The notes under the pieces are model-generated. The model saw only the letters and a program-made list of their open reading frames with translations, did not search any database and was not told the origin of the DNA. Below, in pieces: positions 45,434-60,949 of a DNA stretch of 64,000 nt. This DNA is from the human T2T-CHM13v2.0 reference genome, Homo sapiens: assembly GCF_009914755.1 (NCBI RefSeq), contig NC_060948.1; one strand, given 5' to 3'. A program made the position numbers and the translations under genes. Positions within the stretch are counted from its first letter, which is position 1, and each line of letters begins with the position of its first letter.

Positions 45434-46169
45434 TAACAATAGAACAAATACTTGCATGACTGGGATATTCAGGTCATGAACACTCCTTATAAATTTGAAG
45501 CAATAGTAACATTTTAAGCACTTTGGAAAATTGGAGGTTTCATAACCCTCAATCAGATCTTTTTATAGAATAACAAAAATACACTAAGGTTCTAATCACA
45601 TCTATTGTCTTTGCCCAAAATAACATGGATAGAGACACACTCCATTCTGGCTCAATCTTAGATGAAACTCCAGAAGAAAGGCAGTTGATAATGATACAGC
45701 CAGGCCAGCTGTTTAAGTGGACGTGTCCCCTCTGCCCTTGTACATTTGTTTAAAAATTTTGATAGGACTCTTCCCGCCTCCTTCACACCCTCCATAAATC
45801 TGACTAGGCCCATAAGAATGGAGAGAGGTAATTTAAAAGGCAGAGGACATTTTTCTCCTTGTTTTTACCTATGCTGATCCCCTACCTGGTGTTGGAGCAG
45901 CTTCACTGTGAGTAAAATCTGAACAGTGTTTAAGCAGTAAACCCACTATATTGAGGAAAGCGTGACCTGCACTTTTTTTTTTTTTTTTTTTCCTGAACAT
46001 GACTTGGTTGTTGCTCATCATTTTGGTTGGTGATGGGTCTTTGACAAACCGATATGCTCACCATCCAAAGTTGTGTCCATGTTTAGATCAGCGCAGTATT
46101 CGATAGGGCACGTTTCCTCAAGATACCAATTTTACAGGGAAGTCAAAGAGCATCAGAGCTATCATAAGG

Positions 46170-46310
46170 GGTGTTTTTCAGAAGCCAAATCCTGGGCCCC
46201 ATTCTCAGATGCTCTTATTCTAATGCTCTGGATGGGCCCAGTAATCTGCATTTTTAACATGTGCCCCAGGTGATTCTGACCACTGTAACATACTTTGAGA
46301 AATATGGCCT
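46170..46310. mobile_element. MER5-like hAT DNA transposon remnant
   Basis: CCTGGGCCCCA...ATCTGCATTTTTAACA...CCCAGGTGATTCTGA...ACTTTGAGAA. Confidence 0.65.
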
Positions 46311-47429
46311 CAGTTGGGGAGCTCTCATTAGATCATCTCAAGCTACCCCTGGATTTAGGATAGAAACAGCCCTGTCAGGTCAACTATGACTTTCATAAAG
46401 GATTCCGTTGGCTTAATTCACCGAATTCATCTTTCCCTGCCAAGCCCGTGCCTGGGAATGCCAGCTGTCCACAGGCAAGAGTGACTCATGAATGGGCTGA
46501 AATAGATTGAATAGAAAGTTTGAAAACCAAGACTTGTGGCCAGAAATCAGTGACAGGAGGGAGTGACTACAGAGGCAAAGCTGGATTCCAAGGCCAAGAG
46601 CAGGCAAGCCAAGGGTGAGGGACTAGGCTCGAGTGGGAAAGGGCAGAGTGGATATCCTGGGGACAGAGACACTGTGTTTGCCTCCTGGAGTGAAGAACTA
46701 TGCCTTTGACTCACTTGACACACTTTACAAATAGTATTACCCATGGTTTTTAGAAAAGTATGGCCTGTCATTGCTCCTTTTCCTGCTGTGGAATTAACTA
46801 ATACCTCTTAACACCTTTAAGCAAGAATGATAATAACAGATCAATATCAAAAAAATATGTTGAGATCAAGTTCCAGAGACAGCCTTAGGCATTTGATATC
46901 CATATTCTTTTTGTATATGTCTGTGTTTTAAAATTTCACATTTAGTTCACTCAAAAGTATAAAAATATTTATTTAAAGAATAATAAATACCCAAGTTGGC
47001 TTGAGAAATAGAACATTTCATTAATTAAAAAATATGCCCTCCCTGATCACACCCTCTTCCTCCCCAAGAAGAAGAAACCACCTAAATTGAATTTTGGTTT
47101 AATCATCTGCTGAATAAAATGTTTCTTTTCACAATATTTTGAACTTTAAGAGAACATATACTGAAACTATTTTTTTTTTTTTTTTTGGCACATTGTTAGA
47201 CTCATCCGTGTTGACTGGGAGATTCTATTTATTTTCACTGCTTTTTAGTTGTATCAGTTGAATATTTTACGGTTTGTTATTTCCCTTGCTGGGGGACAAT
47301 TGACTTTTATTTTTTGTTTTAAAATTTTAAATGTAAATTGTGTTGATTCGTTGATTGCTGTTACAAACTATGCTCCTACGAACATTGTTAAATGCCTCTG
47401 ATCACTTAGGTACTAGAATGTCATAAAAA

Positions 47430-47570
47430 AGAGTGAACTTTAAATCCCAGCCCCAAATACTTCCTGAGTAAGCTTGGACGAGCTTCTCACTGAGTCTTGG
47501 TTTCCTCCTCTGTAAAACAACAATACTAGTATCTACTTTATAGTGTTACTATGAGATTATTTGGGGCAAC
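47430..47570 (+). mobile_element. MIR remnant
   Basis: AAATCCCAGC...CTTGG...CTGAGTCTTGGTTTCCTCCTCTGTAAAA core. Confidence 0.65.
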
Positions 47571-50361
47571 ACATCAATGTGGTTAGCTTCCCATCCACAG
47601 ATCTACCCACCTGCATCCCACTCAAACCCACCTAAGTTTTCTGCAGCCTTTACATTTCAGTAACTAGAACTTCCCACGTGGTCTGTGTATAGAGCAGCCA
47701 TGGTTTGGTGAATGACTGTGTCCTGAAATGTAGTCTTTTGCGTATCTTCTTTGGTAGTAGGAAACAGCTCATTATGCTAGGCTCTTCAGGATATTTTCTA
47801 GAATAGTTCCCTTTTTTCTGAGAGGGCCTTGAATGAGTAGAACACTAACAAATGAGTGAAATAATGGTACATAGGCCAGCATTCCCTAAGCACAATTTCT
47901 GTTTTTCCTTCATGAAATGCTGGAGGTGGCAGGCAGGATTTCATATCCCATTCTTCTCATCACATGCATACTCCCTGAAATTTGTATAGGATTTTAGGGT
48001 TTTCAGAGCTACTTCGTATATATGATTTCGTTTGGTCTTCGTCAACTCCTTTGAAGTGCTAGACATGTCTAGGTTTTAGGTGTGATTTTCTTAAATTTAC
48101 ACACCCTGGGATTCAGATAAATAAGAAACTGAGACTTGACATCTGGGCCATTGCTTTTTATACTATCTCATAGATAGCAGACTCTCCAAATCAAAATACA
48201 GAAATATTTTTACTAATACATAATAATTATACACATTTATGGGATATCTGTGACAATTTCATGCTTCCATGCAATGTGTGGTGATCAAAACAGGGTAACT
48301 GGGATATCCATCACCTCAAACATTTATCATTTCTTTGTGTGGGGAGCATTTTCTACCTATTTGGAACTACACAATAAATTATTGTTAACTATAGTCACCC
48401 TCCTGTGCTGTCAAACACTAGAACTTATTCCTTCTAACTGTATTTTTGTATCCAGTAAACAACCTCCCTTAATTCCCGTCCCCCAACCCCAACACTCACT
48501 CTCTATAGCCTCTGTTAACTACTGTTCTACACTTTACCTCCATGAGATCAATTATTTTGGCTCCCACATATGAGTGAGAATAAAGACATTTGTCTTTCTG
48601 TGCCTGGTTTATTTCACTTAAAATAATGTCCTTGGTTCCATCCGTGTTGCTGCAAATGACCGGACCTCATCCTTTTTAACGGCTCAATAGTACTCCATTG
48701 TGTAGATGTACCACATTTTCTTTATGCATTCATCTGTTGACGGATACTTAGGCTGGTTCCAAATCTTGGATATTGTGAACAGTACTGCAATAAACGTGAG
48801 AGTGCAGAGATCTCTTCAACATGCCATGCTGTTTTTGTTACTCCTACAGTTTTGCAGTACATTTTGAAATTCGCTAGCGTGATGCCTTCAGCTTTATTCT
48901 TTTGACTCAGTATTGCTTTCGCTACTTGGAGTCTTTTGTGGTTCCATAGAATTTTATGATTTTTTTTTCTAATTTCTATGAAGAAGTATTTGGCATTTTC
49001 ACGGGGATTGCATGAAATCTGTAGATCACTTTTGGCAGAATTGGTTATTTTAACAATATTAATTCTTCCAACCTGTGAACATGGGGTTGGGGTGTCTTTC
49101 TACTTTTTTGTGTAATCTTTAATTTATTTTGTAAGTTTTTTAATAGTTTTCCTTGTAGAGGTTTTTATCTCATTGGTTAAATTTATTCCTAGATACTTTA
49201 TTTTATTTTTTATACCTATTATAAACGGGATTGCTTTCTTGATTATTTTTTCCTGCTGGCTGCTTGTTGGTACACAGAAAGTCTAGTGGTTTTTGTATAT
49301 TAATTTTGTGTACTGCAAATTTACTGAATTCACTTATCACTTCTGAAAGTTTTTTTGGTGGAGTTTTAAGGGTTTTGTGTCTGCAAACAAATTTACTGAA
49401 TTCATTTATGACTACTGAAAGTTTTTTGGTGGAGTTTTAAAGGTTTTATATCTGCAAACAGGGACAATTTGACTTCTTCCTTTCCAATCTGGATGCTCTT
49501 TTTTTTCCCTTGCCTAATTGCTGTGGCTAGAACTTCTGGTACTATGCTGAATAAAAGTTGTGAAGTGGATATTTTTGTCTCTTCCGTATGTTAGAGGAAA
49601 TCCTTTGAATTTTTCCCTGTTCAGTATGATGTTGGTTGTGGGTTTATTATATATGGCCTTTATTGTGTTCAGATATATTCCTTTTACGTCTGACTTGTGG
49701 AGAGTTTTTATCATGAAGCCCTGTTGAATTTTATCAAATGTTTTTTCTGCATCTATTGAGATGATCACATGGTTTTTGTTCTTCACTCTGTCAATGCGAT
49801 GTATCATATTTAAGTTGGTTTGCATATGTGGAAACATCCTGTCATTTTGTTAATTATTTTCTGGTTGGTTTGTATAACCTTTGTTGATTTCTTTCTTATT
49901 GTTTATCATTGCAGTTTAGTATTTTCCTGTAGTGATAAAGTTTGATTGTTTTTCCTTTCTCCCTTGTATATCTGCTCTACTGGGATGAATCCCTTGCATC
50001 CCTGGGATAAATCCCACTTGGTCATGGGGAATGATCTTTTTAATGTGCTGTTGGTTTCAGTTTCTTAGTATTTGGTTGAGGTTTTTTGCGTTTCTGTTAA
50101 TCAGAGATACTGGTCTATAGTTTTCTTTTTTTGTTGTGTCCTTGTCTGGATTTGGTATCAGAGTAATGCTGACCTCAAATAATGAACTTTGAAGAATTCT
50201 CTTCAACTTTCTGGAAGGGTTTGAGAAGAATTGCTATTATTTATTTAAATTTGTGGTGTAATTCAGCATTGAAGCCCTCAGTTCCTCAGTTATTTGATGG
50301 GAGGCTGTTTATTACAGATTCAATCTTCTTACTCATAATTGGTCTGTTCAGGTTTTCTATT

Positions 50362-50363
<2 letters not shown>

Positions 50364-50395
<32 letters not shown>

Positions 50396-50676
50396 AGAGG
50401 GAGTCTCTCTCTGTCACCCAGGCTGGAGTGCAGTGGTGCAATCTCGGCTCACTGCAAACTCCTCCTTCCGGGTTCATGCCAGTCTCCTGCCTCAGACTCC
50501 TGAGTAGCTGGGACTACGGGCACCTGTCATGATGCCCAGCTAACTTTTTTGTATTTTTAGTAGAGATGGGGTTTCACCGTGTTAGCCAGGATGGTCTCCA
50601 TCTCCTGACCTCATTATCCGCCCGCCTCTGCCTCTCAAAGTGCTGGGATTACAGCTGTGAGCCACCGTGCCCGGCC
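50364..50676 (-). mobile_element. AluY-like inserted in the L1MA, with target-site duplication
   Basis: GTTTTCTATTTCTT at 50352-50365 and 50680-50693. Confidence 0.92.
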
Positions 50677-51532
50677 CGTGTTTTCTATTTCTTACTGGTT
50701 CAATCTTGGTAGGTTTTATGTGTCCAGGAATTTGTCTATTTCTTTCTGCTAGGTTCTCTGATTTTTTGGTGTATAGTTGTTCAGAATAGTCTGTAATGAT
50801 CCTTTATATTTCTCTGGTAGTCTCCTATTTCATTTCTGATTTTATTTATTTGAGTCTTTTTCTCTTTTATTCTTGGTTTGTGTAGCTAACCGTTTGCAAA
50901 TTTTGTTTACCTTTTCACAAAACCAACTTTTTCTTTTGTTGATCTTCTGTATTTTTATAGTCCCCATTTTATTTCTGCTCTGATCTTCATTATGTTTTTC
51001 TTCTACTAATTTTGGTCATGGTTTGCTCTTACTTTTCTAGTTCCTTGATATGCATCGTTAGGTTTTTAATTTTATTTCCACTTTTCGGATACAGGTATTT
51101 ATTGCTGTAAGTTTTCCTCTTAAAATGGCTTTGTTGTATCGCATAGGTTTTCAAATGTTGCTGTTTTCATTTGTTTCCAGAAATTTTTAAATTATCGTTT
51201 TAATTTTTTCATTTGACTTCTCATTCAGGAGCATGTTGTTTAATTTCCATGTATTTGTGTAATTTCAAAAGTTACTCTTGTTATCGATTTCTAGTTTTAT
51301 TCCATTGTGATTAAGAGAAGATACTTACCATGATTTCAGTTCATTTAAATTTGTTGAAACTTAATTGTGTGGATGAACATGTGGTCTGTCCCCAAGAACA
51401 GTCCATGTGCAGAATTTACTGATGAAAAGCATGTGTATTCTGCAGCTATTGGATGAAATGTTCTAGAAATGTCTGTTAGGTCTGTCTGGTCTCAGATTCA
51501 TTTCCTGTTAAATGTTTCTTTGTTGGTTTCTG

Positions 51533-51566
<34 letters not shown>

Positions 51567-51571
51567 GATAT
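51533..51571. repeat. (TA)n microsatellite
   Basis: Direct reading. Confidence 0.9.
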
Positions 51572-53205
51572 CTGTCTAATGCAGAGAGTGAGTGTTGGAA
51601 GTCCCCAACTATTACTATATTGAAGTCTATCTCACCCTTTAGATTTAATAATATTTGGTTTTTATATATCTGGGTGCTCTGATGTTGGGTGAATATATAT
51701 TCACAATTGTTATATCCTCTGGCTCAATTGGACCCTTTATCATTACATAATGACCTTTTTGGTCTCTTTTTACAGTTTTTGACTTGAAGTCTGTTTCATT
51801 TGATATGTATAGCTACTCTAATTCACTTTTGGTTTTGGTTCACATGGAATATCTTTTTCTGTTCCTTCACTTTCAGTCTATGTAATCACACAAGTGTCTT
51901 TACAGGTGAAGTCAGTTACTTGTAGGCAGCATCCAGTTGGGTAATTTTTTTTTTTTTTTTTCAATCCATTCTGCTAGCCTAAGTCTTTTATGTGAGGAAT
52001 TTAATCTGTTTACATTCAAGGTATTACTGATAGGTGAGGACTTACTCCTGTCATTTTGTTAATTATTTTCTTGTTGTTTTGTATATCCTTTGTTCATTTA
52101 TTTCTGCCTTATTGTTTATCGTTGCAGTTTGGTCATTTCTATAGTGATACGATTTGATTATTATTCCTTTTGTTGTATATCTGCTCTACCAGTGATCTTT
52201 ATACTTGTATATGTCTCTGTAATAGTGATCATCATCTTTTTACTTCCAGATGTAGGACTTCCTTAACCATTTCTTGTAAGGCCAGTCTAGCACTGATGGA
52301 CTCCCTCAGTTTTTGCTTGCTTTAGGCAGACTTTATTTCTCCCTCATTTATGAAGGATTGCTTTGCTGGGAATAGCATTCTTGACTGAACTTTCTTTTTT
52401 TTTTTTTTTTTTTTTTAGCACGTTGAATTATATCATCTCATTTTCTCCTGGCCTGTAAGACTTCTGCAGAGAAATCCACTACTAGTCTAATGGAGATGCC
52501 CTTATATGTGACTTGATGCTTTTCTCTTGCTTTTGTAGAGAAAGACTTTCACGTGCATCTGAGTTTTAGTGTGCCAGTTGAGAAGGGTGCAGTGACTCTT
52601 TTTCAAGATAGTTGAAGTGGTATGGCCTCATTCAGCTTCTTTGGCTGCATTCAATATCAGCAGTAGCTGTGAGTACCTCAGTTGCCTAGGCCATACAAGT
52701 TTGTGGTAGTGATGATGGCATAAGTTGTTAATAACCTCCATATCAAAGGCTTTGGGGGTTTTCTTCATTCTCATTTTCCACACACTGGGGAGATTTAGAC
52801 AAGAGTATCCTTTCTGGATTCAGGTCTGACATGGCCTATAAGTAGCTATAGCAGTGCTGGGTTCCAGGTTTAGGTGCTCCAAATGGCTATGGTGCTAGGG
52901 TCCTAGGCTCAAGGTTTCATGAACTATGTGTGGCACTTGGGTCTTGGGGTGCCTGTTTATTCTCTGTGGTGAGGTTGAATGCAGGTTGCCCAAAGAGCCA
53001 GGATCTGTGACTCTGAGGTACCCCCTAGCAGCTTGGTTACAGGGATTTGGGTTGTAGCTGTGATTCTATCCCTAGTGGCCAGGGAGCAGCACTGGACCAA
53101 CTCTGGAGAAGAAGGGGTGCTCTGGATGTTTGGGCCTAGGGAGCAGGGTAGTGCTGCAATTCAGGAACCCAAGCCAATAGGTATCAGTGGCAATGTGGGT
53201 CCCAT

Positions 53206-53221
53206 TGTAGTAGTAGTAGTG

Positions 53222-53259
<38 letters not shown>

Positions 53260-53338
53260 TGTAGCTGTAGTAGTAGTAGTAGTTGTTGTAGTTGTTGTAG
53301 TTGTAGTAGTAATAGTTGTTGTAGTGGCAGTAGTAGTG
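53206..53338. repeat. Compound (TAG)n/(TTG)n microsatellite
   Basis: GTAGTAGTA...GTTGTAGTTG; explains the poly-Val ORF 52979..53386. Confidence 0.95.
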
Positions 53339-54589
53339 ACTCTAGACCTTGTGATGGTGGAGTCAGCAGTATTCCAGATTCTGTGAGGCCAGGTGTAGCA
53401 GTAGCAAGTACCCTGAATAGTGGAGCACAGCTGTCCTTTGGGCCCTGTTAGGCAGGAAACAGCACTGTGATGATTTTACTTTCCAGGGAGAGGGGTGTCT
53501 CAGCAGCTCCCGCTCTTGGTGGCTAGTCCAGCTCTCCAGGGAATTAGGATACTAGAGTTGTTTGGCCTGTAGGGCAGACTGTCTCAGTTCAGCCACGGTT
53601 TTGCCTCTCTGTGATGCAAGGTACTACAGCAGTTTAGCTCAGCTTGGCCAGGGCACTGATTCCCCAGGTGGCCCAGAGACCATTTTCTGGGATACAGGGC
53701 ACTGCTAAAACTTAGGCACAGGGAGGCATGACTGCTCAAAGTGACTAAGGTATTGTTTTCTTGGAGGCAGGGTACTGTTTCAGATCTGGCCTGAGGAGTT
53801 AGGGGAAGAGTAGGTGGATCAGCTCCACCTCCACTTGGCCCCAGGAGAAGTGTGTAAGAGATGCTTATAGCTCACCTTGGGGATGTTCAGTCACTAGGCT
53901 GGGGGTGTTTTGGTGGCAGTTTAGCCTCAGGGATGAAGGGGACCTGTGCCTACTTGAACCCTGAGCACGACACACTCCAGCCGTAGGTCTAGCTGCAAGA
54001 TGGTATAGCACAGTAGACATGTGGGCCACAGAGGAGAACATAGTGTTAGCTACTTCTCTGAAGGGAGCACAGCTTTGTGAACTCTAGACAGCTCCTTCAG
54101 GTGGGCTTAGGTAGTGCCTGTGAGGACCGTAGGGCACCTCTGCCATGGTGAGGTCTGTGGATGTCCAAGGTGTTGATCGGGGTTGCTGGTGTTCTCTTGC
54201 TTACCTCCTCACTGTATGAAGAAGTTCCTCTTTGTTCCTAGCTTATCTCAATTTGGGGATGGAGTGGTGAAGGCCTGGCATTTCCTTCCATTCTCTTTGT
54301 GGCTGTTCTGTTTCTGTGCTCATCAGGGTTCCTGCTATTCCTCTGAGTTTCTCTGGAACTCTCCTTCAGTTACTCTCATTAAAACGTAGTGTTTTTTTAG
54401 TCTTTCTGGCATCTGTGATGGAGACAAGCTCTAGGGGCTTCTAGTCAGCCTTGCTCTTAATTAATCCAAGAGACAGAAATATTTTTGACTGGGCTTTATG
54501 AAAGCTATAACTAGGACTATAATGCGAAATGGACAACTTAAAATTGGAGGGAGAAAAAAATTCAGTTAGAATAGGTTGAGCTAAAATTT

Positions 54590-54800
54590 ACCATGTGTCA
54601 GCAGGCTCTGTACAAAATTGCATTAAGTAACTCCCCTCATTTAATCCTTACAACACCCTAGTGAAGTTATATATTGTTCTTATTTTTTATATATGGGAAC
54701 ACAAATACTTACACTATAAAATATCTTACCTAATGTCACAGAGCTAGTTAGCTACAGAGTCAGGGGTCTGACTGCAGAGCCCCCCAGTTTACCACCCTAA
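54590..54800 (-). mobile_element. MIR remnant
   Basis: CTCATTTAATCCTTACAACACCCTA...GTCACAGAGCTAGT motifs. Confidence 0.6.
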
Positions 54801-54909
54801 ATTCCTCTGTCACTTAAACTTCAATCCCATCTCACTCCATGCCCTTTTCTTAGAAGGCAGTGGTTTACACAGAACAGATCTGATTTGTTTAGAATATGGA
54901 GAATCTTTT

Positions 54910-56870
54910 AAAAAAATAATTTGTTGAGGTGAAATTAAAATAATGAAATTAACCATTTTAAAGTAGCACTAAGTAGATTCATAATGTCTTACAAACAGCA
55001 CCTCTATCTTAGTTCTAAAATGTTTTCATCATGCCGAAGTAAAAATACCTTTAAGCCGTTTTCCCCCATCCCTCTGCAACTGCAATCGCTGGAAACCACC
55101 TAGGTGCACTCTTACCTTTTCTGGATATTTCGTATAAATTGAATCATGCAGTATGTGATGTTTTATCTGCTTTCACTTAGCATGTTTTCTTCACTTAGCA
55201 TACATTGCAGCAGGTATCCAATACTTCATTCCTTTTCATGGTTGAATAATATTCCGTTCCGTGAATATACCACATTATGTTTATCCATTCCCCCTGCTGG
55301 ACTTTTGGGCTGTTTCTACCTTTTGATTATTGTAAATAGTGCTGCTATGAACATGTGTGCACATGTACTTATTTATGAGTCCCTATTTTCTTCTTTTTTA
55401 ATACTTTTATTTTAGGTTTGGGGGTACATGTGAAGGCGTGTTACACAGATAAACTCATGTCATGGGAGTGTTTGTTGTACAGATTATTTCATCACCCAGG
55501 AATTAAACCCAGTACCCAACAGTTACCTTTTCTGCTCCTCTCTCTCCTCCCACCCTCCTGCCTGAAGTGCGCCTCAGTGCCTGTTGTTTCCTTCTTTGTA
55601 TTCACAAGTTCTCATCATTTAGCTCCCACTTATAAGTGAGAACATGCAGTATTTGGTTTTCTGTTCCTGCACTAGTTTGCTGAGGATAATGGCCTCCAGC
55701 TCCATCCACTTCCTGCAAAAGACATGATCTTGTTCTTTCTGTATGGCTACGTAGTATTTGATAGTGTATACGTACCACATTTGCTTTATCCAATTTGTCA
55801 TTGATGGGCATTTAGGTTGATTCCTTGTTTTTGCTATTGTGAATAGTGCTGCAATGAACATTTGTGTGCATTTGTCTTTAAGGCAGAATGATTTATATTC
55901 CTCTGGGTATATTCCCAGTAATTGGATTGTTGGGTCGAATGGCAGTTCTGCTTTTAGCTGTTTGAGGGATTGCCGTACCGCTTTTCATAAGGGTTGAATG
56001 AATTTACACTCCACCAATGGTGTATAAGGGTTCCCTTTTCTCTGCAACCTCACTAGCATCTGTTATTTTTTGTTGAGTTCCGATTTTTAATTCTCTGGGG
56101 TGTATACACAGCAATGAACTTAAGGGTCGTATGGTAATTGTGTGTTTAATCATTTGAGAGATTGCCAAACTGTTTTCCACAGCAGCTGAACCATATTACG
56201 TTATAACCAGCAATGTACAAGTTCTGATTTCTCACCAGCACTTGTTAATTTTCCATTTAAAAAAAGTATAGCTATCCTAGAGGCTGTGAAGTGATACTTT
56301 ATTGTGGCCTTTATTTGCATTTCCCTACTGACTAATGGTATTGAACATTTGTAAAACATGTTTGTTTGCCATTTGTATATATTCTTTATAGAAATATCTA
56401 TTCAGTCCTTTGCTCCTTTTTAAATTGGATTGTTAGGTTTTTTGTAGTTGAGTTGTTAAAAGTTGTTTATATGTATGTTCTCAATACTAGATCTTTATTA
56501 AAATATGATTCACAATTATTTTCACCCATTTTGTAGGCTGGATTTTTACTTTCTTGGTAATGTCCTTCCTTTGATGCATAAAATTTTAAAATTTTGACAA
56601 AATATAATTTATCTATTTTTGTTTTTCATGCTTTTGGTGTCATATGTAATAATCTATTGCTGAATCCACTTTGAAGAAGATTTACACCTGTGTTTTCTTC
56701 GAAGGGGTACAGTTTTAGCTTTTATATTTAGGTTATTGATTCATCTTGAGTTAACATTTTATATAGTATGAAGTAGGGTCTCGACTTTCTTCTTTTGCAT
56801 TTGGATATTCAGTTGTCCCAGCATCATTAAAGACAATTCTTTCCCCCACTGAAAGGTCTTGGTACCTTTT
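54910..56870 (-). mobile_element. L1MB-like 3' fragment interrupted by an L1PA13-16-like 3' fragment (~55395-56070)
   Basis: Inner element encodes an ORF2 C-terminal remnant (55619..55861 MFIAALFTIAK...); degenerate TSD TGAGT(C/T)CC(T/G)ATTTT at ~55376 and ~56074. Confidence 0.75.
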
Positions 56871-57249
56871 TGTTTGTTGAATAGTGATTGAAATCACTTT
56901 AGCTTAATCCAAACAATCAGTGAGACAAGGAAGTGCTGGGACTCTGCCCCATGTTTTCTTGATATGTCTGTCATCCATGCAGGTTCTTCTCAAGGTTCAA
57001 AGAAGAACCCAAGTTCTTCTTTGAACCCAAGGTTCAAAGCCCCATCCCAAGTGTCCTCCTCTCCACTGGCTGCTTCTCCTATTAGTAACAGACTCTAAAG
57101 TTGAGGAAGTCACCAGATTCTTCTCCCTAGTCCAGACCCACAAGATGGTTCCTTGTTGTTAGCAAGGATACCAACTGGATGCCATGGGTCTCATTCAGGC
57201 CCATTCACAGCCTTGTTGGTTTCACTATTTTTTCCTTCCTCCTTTTAAT

Positions 57250-57830
57250 TTTAACAGGTTCATTGCAATATAATTACTGTACATAAACTGCACATATTAA
57301 AATTGTACACCTTGCTGAGTTTTGACATATGTATACAACTGTGAAACCATCACAACAGTGAAGATAAGAAACATTCCCATCATCTCATTGTAATTCATTC
57401 CCCAACCCACCCTCAACTAATAATCTGTTTTCTGTCACTATGAATTACTTCAAGCTTTCTAGAAGTTTATATAAATGGAATCATACAGTATATACCCTTT
57501 AGTCTGTGAATTCTCTCATTTCTCATAATGATTTTTAGATTCGTCTGTGTTGTTGCATGTATCAATAGTTTCTTCCTTTTTATTGCTGAGTAGTATTTCA
57601 TAATAAAGATTTTACACAATTTGTGTATCCGTTCTTATACTGATGGTCATTTGGGCTATTTCACGTTTGGGGCTATTGCAAACAAAGGTGCTACTAACAT
57701 TAGTGTGTAAGTCTTTGTGTAGATGTATGCTTTTATTTCTTTTGGGCAAAGACCCAGGAATTGAACAGCAAGGTCCTATGTTAGGTGCATTTTAAGTTTT
57801 TAAAGAAATTTCCACGCATTTTCTGGAAAC
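57250..57830 (-). mobile_element. Old L1 (L1MB/MC-like) 3' fragment
   Basis: ATAAATGGAATCATACAGTA, TTTTATTGCTGAGTAGTATT motifs. Confidence 0.65.
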
Positions 57831-58289
57831 ACACAAGAATAAATTAACATATTCTTATCTCTTGTCATCTTTGTGCTACTATAATATTTGGAGGTTCTTT
57901 TAAAAATAAATGTGTACATCTTTGTCTCCTATGCCTTTGATTGCCTGGAGCAGATTTGTTTGTTCTTTTTTGCACCTTCAATTCCTAAGACAGTCCTTTG
58001 CATAAAAGGATGGTTAATCAGCTTTGGATGAACGAATGTCAGATAATGGCTTATCTGAACCAAAATGAATGAGAGGGCAAAATTGGAGAGGATGAGAGGA
58101 GTAGAATAGGTAAATAAATAAAATAACACTGTCTTTTAAAATTATGCACATAATTCATGATGGAAAAAGATCCAAAAATAAAGAGTAGCTTAAAGAAGAA
58201 AATAAAAATCATCCATGATCCTTCATAGTCACTCTTTAAAAAATTATTTTGTTGTTTTATTTTCTCCCCAATATTCTCTTAAAGTTAAG

Positions 58290-59535
<1,246 letters not shown>

Positions 59536-60949
59536 AACCACTGAGCAAGACTAGACCGACAAGTCCCAAGTATTTAAATAATGACATATTTTCATTTGTG
59601 CGTTATTTTTTTCTTACCCATTCATTTATTCAAAAATAACTATACTAGCTCTATACTAAGTGTTGGCAACATAGAGATCTACAACAATATTTTTCTGCCC
59701 TCAAGAAGCTGACAAATTTCTTTTTTCTCTTAAGAAAACAAAATTTCACCTGTGTGACCACAGTCATTTCAGACAATTTAGTTTTTAATTGGTCTTTCTC
59801 AGTATTGTGCAGCCCAGGCCTTGAGTCGATCTTGATGAGGGGGAAAAAGTAACGGGATCATTCATGGTATTTGAGATGTTGCTTTCTTGATTTTACTCTT
59901 TTCCTTCCCTGCTTCCTGTCTCCCGTATTTGCTTTCATACATAATTCAGCTTTGGGAACAGTGTCTTTAAATGAAGTCACCACATGAGCCATAACAATAT
60001 AAATAAAACAAAAATACTTTGCCTCTGGAATTGGCACTTTGGTGACTGCACTCCATAGAGGCTATGGCTGATTTCTAATTTTTGTATTTTATTTTTCTCC
60101 TTTGTTTCTTTGATATAGGAAATCTTCAGTAAAAAGCATATTCTAATAAAAATAAGACTAACTAGTGTAACATTATAAAATCCTCTCCAGAAGCCTATTA
60201 AATAAGTATAGTAGATGGGTAAAAAATAATATGGCCCATAAACCCTACAAAACTCACAAGTAAAATTATGTAATCAAATTGTAAAATATTCTCTTATTTG
60301 CTATTAAATGTACACTATAAAAAAGACTTTGAAATTGTACAATAATGTTTACCTCCTTGGAATTGTTAGAAATAAGTACATAATACTTAATTTCTGTGCA
60401 GAATTTTTTTAATATTCTAAGAATTGTTAAGGTCAGTGTGAGAAGTGTTAACATTGGCTGCCACTTGCTTACAAAAGAGGTTCTACATACAGCAACTGAT
60501 AGGAGATTCCATTTTCCTTTTTACTGGGGCTTTAGTGATTTCAGAGACTCCAACATTCTTGTGAAAAATTGACTATAGAAGTCCAATAATGAGTAGAAAG
60601 TTATTTGTCTAGCTGTCGGTTTAAAGAAATTTCATCCCCAACATAGGTGGCTTTCCATCAAGAAAATATTTTCCAGCACAATCTCAAGCCAATTTAATCC
60701 CTTGATTGTATTCTGTACCATGCAGCAAAGCCAGTTTCCATGTTTGCTGTGTTTAATTTTATTTCACTGAACTTTCTTTTCACTGCAATTCTTTCCTTAT
60801 TTTCATTGTTTTTACACAAATTAGATTCATTGATCAGTTTTTTTGTATCACATTAATTTTTCCTTATTTAGTTTCAACCACTGCAATTTTTGCTTTTGTT
60901 TTCCAAATCCAAATCTCTCTGACATCAAATTTTGCAAGTCTAAATGTAA

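Larger units (their letters stand above)
48205..54450 (-). mobile_element. Old, rearranged L1MA-type element (3' UTR, ORF2 remnants, probable 5' region); right boundary uncertain
   Basis: L1MA 3' end motif GGGATATCCATCACCTCAAACATTTATCATTTCTTTGTG; RT remnant in ORF 49514..49837 ([16 protein letters not shown]). Confidence 0.8.

Noticed and set aside
46330-46720. Possible old LTR fragment (also ~61480-61860)
   Set aside because: The composition is suggestive but I could not assign a family or boundaries without RepeatMasker.
52979-53386. 135-aa ORF with a long poly-Val stretch resembling a membrane protein
   Set aside because: It is a translation of the (GTA/GTT)n microsatellite within repeat-derived sequence.
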